IMG/VR virus record: IMGVR_UViG_3300034121_001930
Location: 608 to 64,607 of that record
Strand: one strand, 5' to 3'
From: a virus
Taxonomy: Duplodnaviria; Caudoviricetes
Length of the DNA: 64,000 bases
Numbering within the stretch: position 1 is the stretch's first letter; each line of letters opens with the position of its first letter. Positions 55,166 to 64,000 of the stretch are shown here, piece after piece. The notes beneath the pieces were generated by a model. The model did no database searches. It was not told where the DNA came from and saw only the letters and a program-made list of their open reading frames with translations. Both the position numbers and the translations under genes were made by a program.

Positions 55166-55849
55166 ATGAGTGTACCAAATACAGAAACAGTAGTGGCTGC
55201 TCCGGCAGCAAATGTGATTACAGCGCCTAGCTTTAATGCAGGCTTCAATGCCGAGGACTTCCATATTCCTCGTCTTAATTGTATCCATAAAATGAGCGAA
55301 ATCGAGGGTAACCCCGGCGATTTGGTTATGGACCGACGCGTTACAGTTGTTCCGGCGGGCAAAAAAATTCCCGTGAACGTTGTTTCAATTCATAAAAGCT
55401 GGACCGAAAAGGTTCCTTATGATGGAGATATTCAACCACGTGTTGCATATTCTCTTGAGCAGCTGGAAGAACTTAGGCGCGAGACCGACCGTGAGATTGT
55501 GCCGCGCGCAGATATTACGGTGCTAATCCCGCACATTGAAGAGATTAACGGACTGGACGAGGAAGAAGCTTCCGAGTTGTTTCCGTTCCTTCTTAACGAC
55601 ACACCATACCAGCTCGCTCGCCTTACGGTGCAGAGTTTTGCGTACGACCACACGTTCAAAATTGTTAACAGCTTCCATGTTGGCAACCCCGACGTGAAAC
55701 TGCACGAGCAAGTTTGGAACCTTAGCGCTATGCTTCTTGAGCGCGGCAAGTACAGTTGGTACGTGCCGGTCCTTGGACGTAGCATTAACAAGTCCTCGGA
55801 CGCTGTTGTGGCCTTTATTAACCGACTTGTAGCAGGAGGTAACGCCTAA
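55166..55849 (+). CDS. Putative ssDNA-binding / annealing protein
   Basis: DFHIPRL N-terminal motif and GKYSWYVP; lies between the exonuclease and the polymerase. Confidence 0.55.
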   Translation: MSVPNTETVVAAPAANVITAPSFNAGFNAEDFHIPRLNCIHKMSEIEGNPGDLVMDRRVTVVPAGKKIPVNVVSIHKSWTEKVPYDGDIQPRVAYSLEQLEELRRETDREIVPRADITVLIPHIEEINGLDEEEASELFPFLLNDTPYQLARLTVQSFAYDHTFKIVNSFHVGNPDVKLHEQVWNLSAMLLERGKYSWYVPVLGRSINKSSDAVVAFINRLVAGGNA

Positions 55850-56070
55850 TGAACCCTAAACTAGCCGTACTGGAAAACCCGCTTACGCATCTTAGTCGCG
55901 AAAATAATAGCGTTAAGGCTGTTATTGAAGAGCTCGAGGGAAACCTCACTAAGCTAGCGGTTCAACTGGAAGGTCTTAAGACAGTCCGCCAAGCAATCGA
56001 AAATGAAATGGATCGCCTGCGTGCAAATCCAGCACCAATCGACCAACTCGAGTTCGAGCTTGAAGAATAA
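55849..56070 (+). CDS. Small coiled-coil protein
   Basis: 73 aa with heptad pattern; TAATG overlap. Confidence 0.6.
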   Translation: MNPKLAVLENPLTHLSRENNSVKAVIEELEGNLTKLAVQLEGLKTVRQAIENEMDRLRANPAPIDQLEFELEE

Positions 56071-56085
56071 ACCCTAAATAATTAA

Positions 56086-56127
56086 TGGCCGCGTGCGTAT
56101 AGATTTACGCGCGCGGCCTAATTTTTG
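56086..56127 (+). terminator. Putative rho-independent terminator
   Basis: GGCCGCGTGCGTA/TACGCGCGCGGCC stem followed by TAATTTTT. Confidence 0.55.
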
Positions 56128-56134
56128 ATCTAAT

Positions 56135-57877
56135 ATGAAAACGTACGCAGTAGATTTTGAAACATACTATGACAAAGAGTGCTCTGTTAGGGTATACGGG
56201 CCTCGTGGGTATTTCTCCCATCCTAAGTTTGACGCTTATATGGTATCGGTTGTAAGTGATACCGGTTACGAGTTCTGTGGCCACCCTAAAGATTTTGATT
56301 GGACGCTGTTAGAAGATCAGCGTGTCCTAAGCCATAACGCCTTTTTCGATGAGTCTCTTTACATATACGGTGTCAACCAGAATTGGTGGCCGTTAGTGGC
56401 CTACAAGGAGTGGCACTGCACAGCGGACATGGCGGCTTATTGTGGCAGGCCCCGAAGCCTAAAAGAGGCCGTAAAAAATACTTTTGGCTACGACATAAGT
56501 AAGGGCACCCGTGACAACATGAAGGGGCTAGACTGGAAATCAATGGACCCAGAGTTCAAAAAAGAAGTTACCGAGTACGCGCTAGAGGATAGTCGTTGGT
56601 GTCTTAAATTATGGGATGCTATGCAAGAAAGCTGGCCGGAGTTTGAGCGTGCGTATAGCCGACACACCCGTGTTATTTGCTGGCGCGGAATTCCAGTGAA
56701 CGAAGCTAAAATATCAACGAACGCAGAAATACTAAACGTAGCTCTATGGGAAGCCGAGCAAAGTATTCCTTGGAAAGATACCGGCGCGCTGCTGAGCCGC
56801 AAAGAGGCCAACAAAGCTTGTCGTGATGCTGGGATTACACCCCCGCTGAGCTGGGCTATGGGAGACGAGGAATGCGAAAAATGGATGGACAAGCACGCAG
56901 ATAAATTCCCTTGGGTCTACGCTGTGCGGAACTGGAGGCGAATTAACTCGCTGCTGAAAAAGGTCCAAAGCTTTGAGCGTGGGACCAGTCTAGGTCGTTA
57001 CTACGGTGGCCTAATGTACTGCGGCGCGCACACAAAAAGATTTAGCGGAAGCGGTGGAAACTTAAATCTTCAGAACTTACCGCGAGGTGAGATGTTTGGT
57101 GTGGACCTAAGAAGTCAAATCGAGGCGGCTCCGGGAACCACCTTGGTTGTCGTGGACCTTAGTCAGATTGAAGTTCGCACGCTTTGCTGGCTCGCCCAAG
57201 ACCACGAGACGCTAGAAGAGATTCGTAAAAGCGACGATATTTACGAGGCGTTCGCAATTCGTTTCGGGTTGTGGGACGAATCAAAGGGTTCCCTGCGTGA
57301 GAATAATAAGGAGCTAAGACAGACCGTTAAAGGAATGGTGTTGGGTTGCGGATACGGAGCAAGCGCTAAAAAGTACGCAATGATTATGAAGTGCTCAGAA
57401 AAAGAGGCCAACAAAAGCGTAAACCTATACCAAACAAAAATGAAAAAAGTTGTAGAACTTTGGAGAACCTACAAACGACAACTCAAGTTAGCCGCGAACA
57501 GCAACGAGTATAAAATCGACTTGCCTAGCGGCAACTCAATTACATACCGCAACGTAACCCAAGGAACAGAGTCCGTAACGTGCACACTAGTCCGCAATGG
57601 TAAGCCAATGGCTGTGCGCCCGTGGCACGGCATGATTACAGAAAACTGCAGCCAGAGCTTGGCCAGAGATATTTTTTGCTACCAGCTCATGAATATTGAG
57701 AACGCTGGCCACAAAATAATCTTGCACGTCCACGACGAAGTAATTATTGAGTGTGCAGACGCCGATGCTGAACGAACACTTCAGCATGTTACCGAGATTA
57801 TGAGCACACCCCCACCATGGATTCCAGATATTCCTTTGAGCGCTGAGGGATCAATTACAAAAATTTACACAAAATAA
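56135..57877 (+). CDS. DNA polymerase family A with 3'-5' exonuclease
   Basis: Exo I DFETY, Exo II HNAFFD, Exo III YALED, motif A DLSQIE.R, motif B K GMVLGCGYG, motif C HVHDE. Confidence 0.95.
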   Translation: MKTYAVDFETYYDKECSVRVYGPRGYFSHPKFDAYMVSVVSDTGYEFCGHPKDFDWTLLEDQRVLSHNAFFDESLYIYGVNQNWWPLVAYKEWHCTADMAAYCGRPRSLKEAVKNTFGYDISKGTRDNMKGLDWKSMDPEFKKEVTEYALEDSRWCLKLWDAMQESWPEFERAYSRHTRVICWRGIPVNEAKISTNAEILNVALWEAEQSIPWKDTGALLSRKEANKACRDAGITPPLSWAMGDEECEKWMDKHADKFPWVYAVRNWRRINSLLKKVQSFERGTSLGRYYGGLMYCGAHTKRFSGSGGNLNLQNLPRGEMFGVDLRSQIEAAPGTTLVVVDLSQIEVRTLCWLAQDHETLEEIRKSDDIYEAFAIRFGLWDESKGSLRENNKELRQTVKGMVLGCGYGASAKKYAMIMKCSEKEANKSVNLYQTKMKKVVELWRTYKRQLKLAANSNEYKIDLPSGNSITYRNVTQGTESVTCTLVRNGKPMAVRPWHGMITENCSQSLARDIFCYQLMNIENAGHKIILHVHDEVIIECADADAERTLQHVTEIMSTPPPWIPDIPLSAEGSITKIYTK

Positions 57878-57879
57878 AT

Positions 57880-60018
57880 ATGTACTTCGCAATTAGTAAC
57901 CTACGGTCAACCACGGCCTTCCAAATTGACCCAAAAACTTACACGCCAAACTATCCGGCGTTCTCTAGCAAAAGCGCGTTCCGCATGTGGTGTGGTGACG
58001 CAAACACCAAGCACGCATTTATTAGCGGAGTTGAGGGCTTAAATCCTGCGGAACGCATTAACGCAGACAACCCAGCCTGTAAAATTCATGCCTTAGTTTT
58101 AGACTATGATGCTCCGGTAAGCTGGGGCACGCTTGAGGCGGATCTTGAGAAAAGGTGTAAGGGAACCCCCAAACCAACATGGGCTGTGGTTACGTACAGC
58201 GGCTACTTGCGGCTGGTGTGGGAGCTCGCTACGCCAGCTATTGTTAACGAGTTTACAGCAGGAGGGGTGCTCGAACACTTGGCCAAGCTAGTGCAAGGCA
58301 CCAAGCTACACGCTGGGTACGACAAGACCAGCGTTAATCCGTCCCAGTACTTCGATATTGGGACCAAGTGGACCCCGCTTGGTGGGGGAATTAGCGCCGA
58401 CGATGTCCTTACCGCGGTATTCAAAACGGGCCTCGGCAAGACAACCGTAACCGATGTTAACGTGCCTCTTGAATCCGTAGCCTTGGAAATTGAAAAGAGA
58501 TTCCCGAACCGCTGGAAGGGCGACTTTGTAGAAGGGGCTCGGGGTCCACTATTCTGGATTCAGGACGGAATTGACCGTGACGGTGCGGTGGTGAAACAGG
58601 AAGGAATGCTGTGCTACAGCGACCGTGCTGGCGCGCCGTTCATTAGCTGGAGAGAAATCCTTGGCAATGAGTTTATTCAGCAGTACGAAACCCGTCGTCT
58701 TGTGGACGGGGTAAGCGATATCTGGTACGACGGAAGAGACTTCTGGATCTTTGGTCCGCAGGGTCCGGTCCGCAATATTCGGGACAACGTTATTTTGCAC
58801 TTAAAAATGGCGGGGTTTAGTTACGACAAGAAAAAAGGGCAAAAAGTTTCCGACGTAGAAAGCGCGCTGCACTACATTATTACAAACAATCGTGTGGACG
58901 GCGCGGGGCCTTTTGTGTTCCGGTCCGACAAAATAGTTGTGGATAACGATGGTCGCCGTTATGTGAACACCAGCCGCTGCAAAGCCATTGCGCCTGCGGA
59001 TTCTGGAGACCCAATCCATTGGCCGTGGCTGCATGACTTCTTTGGCCGACTATTTGATCCTGTTGCGGACGAGATTGGCGCAATGCCTTTGGACTTCTGG
59101 TACGCATGGCTTAGCCGCGCGTACAAGGCCAGCCATTACAAGCAACAGCTAAGCGGACACGCCGTTATTGTTGTGGGCGTGGCGGGCCGCGGCAAGACTC
59201 TGCTTAGCCAGTTCATTATGGGCGAGCTTATGGGCGGCGCGGAAGACGCCAGTGAGTTCCTTAGCGCCAAGACCAATTTCAACAAGAGCCTAAGCGAGGC
59301 CCCTGTTTGGGCCGTGGATGATACCGTTAGCGCGACAAACTTTGCGGACCACCGTAAGTTTGTGGAAATGTTGAAAAGGCTCGTGGCGAACCCGCGCGTG
59401 GCGGTCGAGGCCAAGTACGCGGACCGCGTTAGCATTCCGTGGTTCGGCCGTATTATTATTACCCTAAACGAGGACCCGAACAGCCTAAGCATGATTCCCA
59501 ACTTGGAGAGCAGCAACAGGGACAAGCTAATGGCGTTTAGAATTAGCGACAACGCAAGGCACGAGTTCCTTGCAAACGACCAACAAGAGGCGTTAATTCG
59601 CAAAGAGCTACCGCATTTTGCCAAGTGGTTGCTAGACTACGAGCCGAGCTTAGGAGTTTTAGGCAACGCACGCTATGGAGTGCGTAGCTACTTCCACCCA
59701 CTAATTGAGAACAGCGCAAGGGATAGCAGCACGCGTCAGGGCTCAACAGAATTGCTGGACATCTTCCTTAAGTACTTTAAGGAATCGAATCCAAAAGTTG
59801 AGCACTGGACCGGCACTACTACCGAGCTGCTTGTTGAAATGAACAAGGTCGAGGAGCTTAGGACGTTCCCGCTACTTAAGGACCCAATGCGTTTGCAGCG
59901 GGATCTAAGCAGCGCTGAAGAGTACTCAAAGGCCAACCCAACACTGCGCAGCATAACAAGCGTCAGCACAGGAAGCGGTAGAATTTGGACAATTTCTACC
60001 CAGCACAAACACGATTAG
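57880..60018 (+). CDS. Primase-helicase (AEP-like N-terminus, SF3/DUF5906-like helicase)
   Basis: LDYD and TYSG motifs at the N-terminus; GVAGRGKT Walker A, AVDD, ITLN. Confidence 0.8.
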   Translation: MYFAISNLRSTTAFQIDPKTYTPNYPAFSSKSAFRMWCGDANTKHAFISGVEGLNPAERINADNPACKIHALVLDYDAPVSWGTLEADLEKRCKGTPKPTWAVVTYSGYLRLVWELATPAIVNEFTAGGVLEHLAKLVQGTKLHAGYDKTSVNPSQYFDIGTKWTPLGGGISADDVLTAVFKTGLGKTTVTDVNVPLESVALEIEKRFPNRWKGDFVEGARGPLFWIQDGIDRDGAVVKQEGMLCYSDRAGAPFISWREILGNEFIQQYETRRLVDGVSDIWYDGRDFWIFGPQGPVRNIRDNVILHLKMAGFSYDKKKGQKVSDVESALHYIITNNRVDGAGPFVFRSDKIVVDNDGRRYVNTSRCKAIAPADSGDPIHWPWLHDFFGRLFDPVADEIGAMPLDFWYAWLSRAYKASHYKQQLSGHAVIVVGVAGRGKTLLSQFIMGELMGGAEDASEFLSAKTNFNKSLSEAPVWAVDDTVSATNFADHRKFVEMLKRLVANPRVAVEAKYADRVSIPWFGRIIITLNEDPNSLSMIPNLESSNRDKLMAFRISDNARHEFLANDQQEALIRKELPHFAKWLLDYEPSLGVLGNARYGVRSYFHPLIENSARDSSTRQGSTELLDIFLKYFKESNPKVEHWTGTTTELLVEMNKVEELRTFPLLKDPMRLQRDLSSAEEYSKANPTLRSITSVSTGSGRIWTISTQHKHD

Positions 60019-60019
60019 T

Positions 60020-60943
60020 TTAGAAGAAGTTTCTAACACCAATTATCCCGTCCCCGGCTAGTTGAAGATCTAGACTGGGGCGGGCAGGTCCTCGGTACTG
60101 GTCGAGCTGCTCATCCAAGATTTGGCGGCACTTGCCCCAATGAATCTCTGCGCGTTCAAGGTCCGCGTTATCTTCAGCTAATACCCCGAGCAGCGCATGT
60201 TTTAGCGCCGGAATATTGTTAATGTATACTGAATCGGAATCATTTTGAACGGGAATAAATCTTCGCTTACAAAGTACATGCACGAAGCTCCCTGCCTTTG
60301 CTTGCGGGACCCGGTAGCGTCTAAAGCGAGCCACGCCGTCGCCGGGACCCACAGTTGCAACGGTGGTGCTAGGATTTCCAGCGCTTGTGCGAATATCGTA
60401 GCGACGGGCCAGTCCACTATACTGTAGCTCGTGCACGCCAGTTACCGTTTCGGAAAACGTAAGCGTGGCGCCGCTTTGTGCGGACAGAATATACTTAGAC
60501 GCACCGTACCCAGTAACAAATACTTGCTCACCATTAGATGCGCTAATGGCCGTGGTATCGGTTGTATCCGCGGCTGGTGCTATGAAAAGTTGGGTAACGC
60601 CCGGCGTAGGAAGGTCCACCATTAGCGGCTGGAACCCGTCATCAATAAGGCCGTAACTTATAAGGGTATCTTGGGCGGCTCCAATAGTGCGGTAGTCCTG
60701 CCACAAGCTGCGCACGCGGGCTGGCTGGTCATCAACCACAGCGAAAAGGACATTCTCGGCTTGGTCTGGCAGGCTAAAGTATCCGTTGCCACAACTAAAG
60801 GTACCCTGAATTGTAAGGTCCCGCCAAGCGCCCATGCCGTAAATGGTTTCCAACGCTTGATTAAGGCTCGGCGCGAAACTTTGGCCCGGGGCTATATAGC
60901 TATTAAGCTGCTGGTTTAGATATCCTAGTGTGGTTGCGTGCAT
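60020..60943 (-). CDS. Putative tail adaptor / tubular protein
   Basis: 307 aa with helical termini and a beta-rich middle; end of the minus-strand tail module. Confidence 0.5.
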   Translation of the reverse strand: MHATTLGYLNQQLNSYIAPGQSFAPSLNQALETIYGMGAWRDLTIQGTFSCGNGYFSLPDQAENVLFAVVDDQPARVRSLWQDYRTIGAAQDTLISYGLIDDGFQPLMVDLPTPGVTQLFIAPAADTTDTTAISASNGEQVFVTGYGASKYILSAQSGATLTFSETVTGVHELQYSGLARRYDIRTSAGNPSTTVATVGPGDGVARFRRYRVPQAKAGSFVHVLCKRRFIPVQNDSDSVYINNIPALKHALLGVLAEDNADLERAEIHWGKCRQILDEQLDQYRGPARPSLDLQLAGDGIIGVRNFF

Positions 60944-61071
60944 TACTTTTTAGGTTTAATTTTAACGTCGCCGGAATGAAGTTCTTTCTTAAGTTTGCCT
61001 TGTTCCTTGCCGCTAAGGGGGCTAACCTTGCTGAGCAGGTAGGCTACTTGTTTTTGAGTCTTGGTCTTCAT
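60943..61071 (-). CDS. Small basic protein (42 aa)
   Basis: MKTKTQKQVAYLLSKVSPLSGKEQGKLKKELHSGDVKIKPKK; TTGACC-17-TATTAT-9-ATG upstream; TAATG overlap. Confidence 0.55.
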   Translation of the reverse strand: MKTKTQKQVAYLLSKVSPLSGKEQGKLKKELHSGDVKIKPKK

Positions 61072-61116
61072 ACAGGTCAAATAATACAGGAAAAAGGGTT
61101 AGGGGTCAAGGATGGT

Positions 61117-61350
61117 TTACCACTTGCCAATAGGGCACTTTTCGGTGGCCATCCGTAATTTTGCCCATGTCGAGCAACCGCACTTGCGGCAGCGACCAGT
61201 CCCGCGCATTCCTTCTGCGTCCCAGAGGTCGCAGGATCGGCATTTTGATTCACGCTCGGCGAGAACATCAGGTGATGTCAAAGTAAATCCTGATCTCGCA
61301 AAACGCTGCGCTGCATTTGCAGCCATATTTATTTGCTGTGCTGTTCTCAT
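61117..61350 (-). CDS. Small Cys-rich protein (DUF6171-like)
   Basis: CRSC...CRKCGC...K...CPIGKW. Confidence 0.7.
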   Translation of the reverse strand: MRTAQQINMAANAAQRFARSGFTLTSPDVLAERESKCRSCDLWDAEGMRGTGRCRKCGCSTWAKLRMATEKCPIGKW

Positions 61351-61895
61351 GTAGCAGGTTCTAAATAAAACGAGATATTTTCATAACCAGCAGATTCCAA
61401 CTCGGCAATGCCGTTAAAGCTAAAATCTAAAGCCAATGAATTGGTTGGCGTGAGTATTGCTTCTGCTGTCCCAGCTTGGATTTTTTTATTTGACCCTCCG
61501 CAGTTTTCGGAATCCTCCAAACTGAATCTGATTGTTTTTCCATTATTAGAAATGCTCCAAGGGTTTCCTGTTGTTCCGCTATATGTGGTTTGCCAAACTA
61601 ATTGAAAAGAAGATAATGAACTATAATTAGCCTGATAATATGAACCTAAATGGTAAAGATGATCCCCTGAATTAAAAATAATTGTTAATTTGTATGAAAT
61701 CCCAGCTTTTAATTTGTATGGTGGCGGTATGTAGTAAGTTTGCACAGCTTCACCCATCTGACATTCAAGATTTCCACCCGCCGATGTGGCACTTGCAAGA
61801 AGTCCAAAAAAAGTACAGCATTCACAGCTTACTTTGCCATCATTCGTGACAATGCGTTCTACTCCTTCGGTTTCGTTGTATTTTATAGTTGGCAT
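61347..61895 (-). CDS. Hypothetical beta-rich protein
   Basis: N-terminal KVSCECC; AT-rich; ATGA overlap. Confidence 0.6.
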   Translation of the reverse strand: MPTIKYNETEGVERIVTNDGKVSCECCTFFGLLASATSAGGNLECQMGEAVQTYYIPPPYKLKAGISYKLTIIFNSGDHLYHLGSYYQANYSSLSSFQLVWQTTYSGTTGNPWSISNNGKTIRFSLEDSENCGGSNKKIQAGTAEAILTPTNSLALDFSFNGIAELESAGYENISFYLEPAT

Positions 61896-61913
61896 GACTT
61901 ATCCAGAGGTGTT

Positions 61914-62480
61914 TTAGTCTTCCTCACACGATTCAGTTTCGACCCATCTCAATTCACCATCAGAAACTCCAAGCACAAACAATTGGCTGCCAGATGGTAG
62001 TGGTGGCAATATAGATTCTGCACCCCCTCCCCCCCTCCTTGGAGTACCACCCGCTGACGTTAATGGAGATGGTTTGTCTTCTGTGATTCTGCTAGTAGTC
62101 GTAGATGGTGTATTTGTCGGGGCGACTTCCCCGCCTTTTTTTGCTGTAAAGTTTCCGAGACTCTTCTCAATAAACTTCATCATGTCTTCCTCGACCGCTT
62201 TGGCTTCGGACACCGCTCCTTTGATTTCTCTAGTAGACATCCCTTTTGTGTCGATGTCGTATGATTTAGCTTCCTCCCTAGCGGTCTTTCTTTCTGATGT
62301 TCCCTTTGGAGTTTTTCCCTGACTCCTTTCGCGTGATGCGCTTTCCTTCGCCTTCCTCTCCTCACGCGATGCGTTCTCTTTTGCACGGCGCTCTTCACGC
62401 GAAGCATTTTCTTTTGCACGCCTTTCTTCACGTGCGGCACTTTCTTTCGCACGGAAATCGTCCTTATCTTCTTCAGCCAT
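61914..62480 (-). CDS. Charged low-complexity protein with (REERRAKENAS) repeats
   Basis: 11-aa repeats near the N-terminus. Confidence 0.6.
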   Translation of the reverse strand: MAEEDKDDFRAKESAAREERRAKENASREERRAKENASREERKAKESASRERSQGKTPKGTSERKTAREEAKSYDIDTKGMSTREIKGAVSEAKAVEEDMMKFIEKSLGNFTAKKGGEVAPTNTPSTTTSRITEDKPSPLTSAGGTPRRGGGGAESILPPLPSGSQLFVLGVSDGELRWVETESCEED

Positions 62481-62492
62481 ATTTTTAGAGTA

Positions 62493-64000
62493 TTATGCTA
62501 ATACTGATGCGTCAAGAACTACAGCAGAACAGCGGGCCCAGCCCCATTTGTAAGGCACAACTTCTGATTTAAGGATGTATTTTCCTGATGTTGGAATTAC
62601 AGTAGGGGTTGTGGCCGCTAATGTTTTAGGATTTACATCCGCGTTTAAGGTGTGGCTTGCTGCTGCTGCCGTGTAAACGAAAGGAAAGTTGTTTACTGGA
62701 CCTGTTCCCGAATTACAATAAGACGTAACTAATTTTGTTTTGGCTTCTGCGCCACTAATTGTAATCGCCCCATGAATTGTTGGGGAAATTGTTACGGCGT
62801 TTAAAGATGTGCCAACGCCGTAGCTAGTTCCTTGTCCTGTAGTTTTTTCGCTTGTACTGGTTGAGCTAGATGCAGATCTAGCTGCGGTCCAGTTGACTTT
62901 AGCTTGAACTTGAGCAGAGCCACCAGTTAGTACAATAGTATGAGATACTGGTTTAAAGGTGGGCCAGCGTTGTGCTGCTCCAGCTATTTGGGAAACTTTA
63001 CTTAAAAATGCTGATTCACTTATTACATTATTGTTTCCTTTTAGGAAGAAGTAATACGCTGTTGCGGACACATCTGCGCCCCATGGACGTTCAATGTCGA
63101 TTATAAGTTCTGGCTTAATGCTGGCTGAAGATTCAGAAGAGGCGCTCTCACTACCCGTTAAACCATACGACGTACCGCTACTAGAGCCCTCCCACTGAGA
63201 GTCGTAATTGCCTTCAGCTAAGTCTTCTGCCCATACTACAGAAATTGATTTGAGAATATCTGGAAGTCGAACATCAACCTGAATTGGGAAACTCATTACA
63301 TATGAAGAAAGAGCCGATGTAGGCTCAGTTTCTGTAATCTTCAAAGATCTATCTTTATTTACTGCGCGGTAAGAAGTATTTACTTCAGTAAAACTCGAAG
63401 ACGGAGCAACAAACTGTTCCGTTTTTTGCACCTGTACTTGAAGCTCGTTGTCCCATTCGGAACTTTTAAGTTCCGGCCATTGGTCAACTTTAACCGTTTG
63501 AACAACAAATTTACCATCCCCAATAGGGATAGCAGCGGATTCCGAAACTAGTAGGCCCGATTCGATTGTCGGGCTTGTTGACAGTTTCTCATTAACTTTG
63601 GCAATTGTTCCTTCGACATAAGCTCTCCGGACTTCTGGTAGAGCAACATCATTTGACAAATTACGTTTAGTGATTTGTTCTCTATAGACAAATTTATTAG
63701 ATTGTTGAACGGACCGTTCAAGCTCTCCTGACGCCAAAGCTGGTTTAATGGCTGTTCCAACTTTGCTTACGCTCTCCGTTTCAATCGGGATCGTAGCCCT
63801 AAATTTTTCTGGGACAGTGTCCGGCTTTTGAATACTAAAAGCCCGCCCATCAAAAAGCTCTGGTACTGACACCTCCCGTACAACATAAGTACCGTCTCCC
63901 AATGCTTCGCTTTGGACATCCACTAGAGCAGACGGAGCTACAGACGTATCTCCATTTTGTAGCGTTTCTTTTACTGTAGCTACTTGCTTTTCATTAGTAG
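62493..64000 (-). CDS. Virion/tail-associated protein, C-terminal part (frame open to the right edge)
   Basis: No in-frame stop between 64000 and 62493; Ser/Thr-rich. Confidence 0.7.
   Translation of the reverse strand, partial: TNEKQVATVKETLQNGDTSVAPSALVDVQSEALGDGTYVVREVSVPELFDGRAFSIQKPDTVPEKFRATIPIETESVSKVGTAIKPALASGELERSVQQSNKFVYREQITKRNLSNDVALPEVRRAYVEGTIAKVNEKLSTSPTIESGLLVSESAAIPIGDGKFVVQTVKVDQWPELKSSEWDNELQVQVQKTEQFVAPSSSFTEVNTSYRAVNKDRSLKITETEPTSALSSYVMSFPIQVDVRLPDILKSISVVWAEDLAEGNYDSQWEGSSSGTSYGLTGSESASSESSASIKPELIIDIERPWGADVSATAYYFFLKGNNNVISESAFLSKVSQIAGAAQRWPTFKPVSHTIVLTGGSAQVQAKVNWTAARSASSSTSTSEKTTGQGTSYGVGTSLNAVTISPTIHGAITISGAEAKTKLVTSYCNSGTGPVNNFPFVYTAAAASHTLNADVNPKTLAATTPTVIPTSGKYILKSEVVPYKWGWARCSAVVLDASVLA

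Overview
The window is most of a roughly 65 kb dsDNA tailed phage genome, podovirus-like, with no RNA polymerase, integrase, reverse transcriptase or cas gene visible; the host cannot be determined from sequence. The minus strand carries virion and lysis genes: tail and fibre proteins, a sulfotransferase, amidase and holins, capsid, scaffold, portal, a 4371-aa polyvalent ejection-type protein and terminase. The plus strand carries an early region (21.1-27.9 kb), small accessory genes, two tRNAs and a RuvC/SF2 helicase/Cas4-like nuclease/SSB/PolA/primase-helicase module. The standout feature is the early operon, which is punctuated by eight predicted self-cleaving ribozymes: one type-P1 twister just before the first gene and seven type-I hammerheads at gene junctions. 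In six of the seven hammerheads the UGA of the catalytic CUGANGA core is the upstream gene's stop codon. Every GUC cleavage site lies 28-31 nt before the next ATG and releases a nearly identical leader that can refold into a 5' hairpin. This looks like an RNA-encoded mRNA-processing and gene-cassette system; its cargo includes two SAM-lyase-like paralogues. Other notable items are a third SAM-lyase-like domain inside the giant protein, a tandem array of eight GCTGGTGG (Chi) octamers, an alternating inverted-repeat element and many promoters abutting start codons. All calls come from reading motifs by eye; no database search or folding program was run.
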